The translations under genes and the position numbers were made by a program. This document shows positions 62,901 to 64,000 of a DNA stretch of 64,000 bases, piece by piece. Source of the stretch: an uncultured Methanomicrobiales archaeon (lineage in GTDB: Archaea > Halobacteriota > Methanomicrobia > Methanomicrobiales > Methanospirillaceae). The stretch lies in the NCBI GenBank assembly GCA_963697895.1, contig OY969100.1, positions 1,120,001 through 1,184,000 of the forward strand, written 5' to 3'. The notes beneath the pieces are model-generated. The model worked only from the letters and a program-made list of their open reading frames with translations. It had not been told where the DNA came from and searched no databases. Position 1 is the first letter of the stretch. Each line of letters opens with the position of its first letter.

Positions 62901-63185
62901 CGTCGTCAAATAAATGCAATACCTGCTATGGTGTATTATGGTGTTAAAACCGAGGATGCGGTTTTGATGAGAATGAATTCAGTTCCAAGAAGTGTTGCGG
63001 AAAAACTTGGTCAAAAATATAGAGCATCATTTAGTGAACAATCCACAGACTTTGGGGTTCAAGAAGCTCGCTTTTTCCTTAAAAATCTTGATGAATCTGG
63101 CTGGGATCTAGTGCGTCCAGATAATGCCTTTTTGTCAGGAGCAGAATATAAAGGTATATGGAAAATTCTATCCGGTGAGGAATGA
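59935..63185 (+). CDS. Ski2-like SF2 helicase, HamB-like (frameshifts near 59985 and 62850)
   Basis: 'PTSGGKT', 'APTRAL', 'TPEK', 'DEAH', 'VHHAGL', 'TIAQGINFP' and 'NLAGRAGR'. ATG 59935 overlaps the upstream TGA; the 62898-63185 ORF ('YYGV') is the likely C-terminus. Confidence 0.8.
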
Positions 63186-63682
63186 TTTGTTATATACTAC
63201 AGGAAGTTAAACATAAAAATTTTTAAACCTATATTATCGTCCAACAAAAGAAGAATTTGAGTTTATTTATTGCATATTTCTGCAATATTGTTATATTTTG
63301 TTACAGACCATCAAGGTTTTATTGTAAGATTCTCCGTTTGGAGGAGAGTCCAAATAATTTCTTAGGTTTTATGCACATACTTGATATTATCAGGTCTATC
63401 AAATTCAAGCTGCGTTGTTTTGTCATATATACTTAGATAAGAATTACTCGTCGATCTCCTGTCTATACCCAACTCAATTAATCGGTAAATCTTATCCAAC
63501 AGAAGGATATATGCATGAGAAAATACGAGCACATGTTCGAAACACTTGAGAACTTCTACTTTGTCGGCTAACTATGACGTTTTTCGCCAGGTGATCGAAC
63601 GAGGACCCAATCCCTTCGATGAAAAATGAGCAAGGATTACTCACGTATATCTCCTTCCTTATCGACAATTAACCAGATCACC

Positions 63683-64000
63683 ATGACTCTCACAGACCTC
63701 CTCATCATCCTCTTAGCCTTCATCATCGGCCTCTTCGCGGCATATCTTTATTTCCGGCAGCGGATCTCCGTGATCGAAGAACGGGCGAGAAACGACCTCG
63801 AACGCTGGAAACTGGAATGCACGAGTGATATCCGGAAGGATTCCGTCAACCGCTCGCGTTCGACGCTCAAAGGAAAAATCTCCGAGCAGATGGCCCCGTT
63901 CCTGCCGGAGTTCCCGTTCTCCCCGGCCGATGCCCGGTTCATCGGCAACCCGATCGATTTTGTCGTCTTCGACGGGTACACGAAGGCAAAGGACGAGAAG
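63683..64000 (+). CDS. Holliday-junction-resolvase-like endonuclease (Endonuc_Holl-like), runs off the window
   Basis: N-terminal TM, then 'RSRSTLKGKISEQMAPFLPEF...DARFIGNPIDFVVFDG'. Confidence 0.85.
   Translation, partial: MTLTDLLIILLAFIIGLFAAYLYFRQRISVIEERARNDLERWKLECTSDIRKDSVNRSRSTLKGKISEQMAPFLPEFPFSPADARFIGNPIDFVVFDGYTKAKDEK

Noticed and set aside
1-64000. tRNA, rRNA, transposase or integrase genes
   Set aside because: None were recognised by eye; a covariance-model or HMM scan would be needed to exclude them fully.

Overview
This GC-rich prokaryotic chromosomal segment is most consistent with a methanogenic euryarchaeon (Methanomicrobiales-like). That assignment is inferred from an mre11-rad50-nurA-herA cluster, DUF4013/DUF3303/COG1361-type genes and archaeal-style AT-rich promoters. 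Positions 1-40 kb are a patchwork of accessory genes: transporters, reductases, radical SAM enzymes, cardiolipin synthase and fumC. Positions 40.7-47.1 kb hold the archaeal DNA end-resection operon. Positions 53-63 kb are a defence island with a type I restriction-modification system (hsdR-hsdS-hsdM) and an AT-rich Hachiman-like nuclease/helicase pair. The top finding is a stand-alone prokaryotic gasdermin-like gene (4641-5576). It lacks the N-terminal Cys, has a long Gly-rich C-terminal tail, has no neighbouring protease, and lies tail-to-tail with cardiolipin synthase. Other notable structures are a degenerate copy of the mre11 5' end with a near-identical promoter block beside the Hachiman-like genes, a 62-bp tandem array that detached a SEC-C motif from a radical SAM enzyme, two coupled 17-aa micro-ORFs between rad50 and nurA, and several microproteins missing from the ORF track. 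Many genes beyond about 40.8 kb carry single frameshifts, probably sequencing or assembly indels. All family assignments come from motif recognition by eye; no searches were run.
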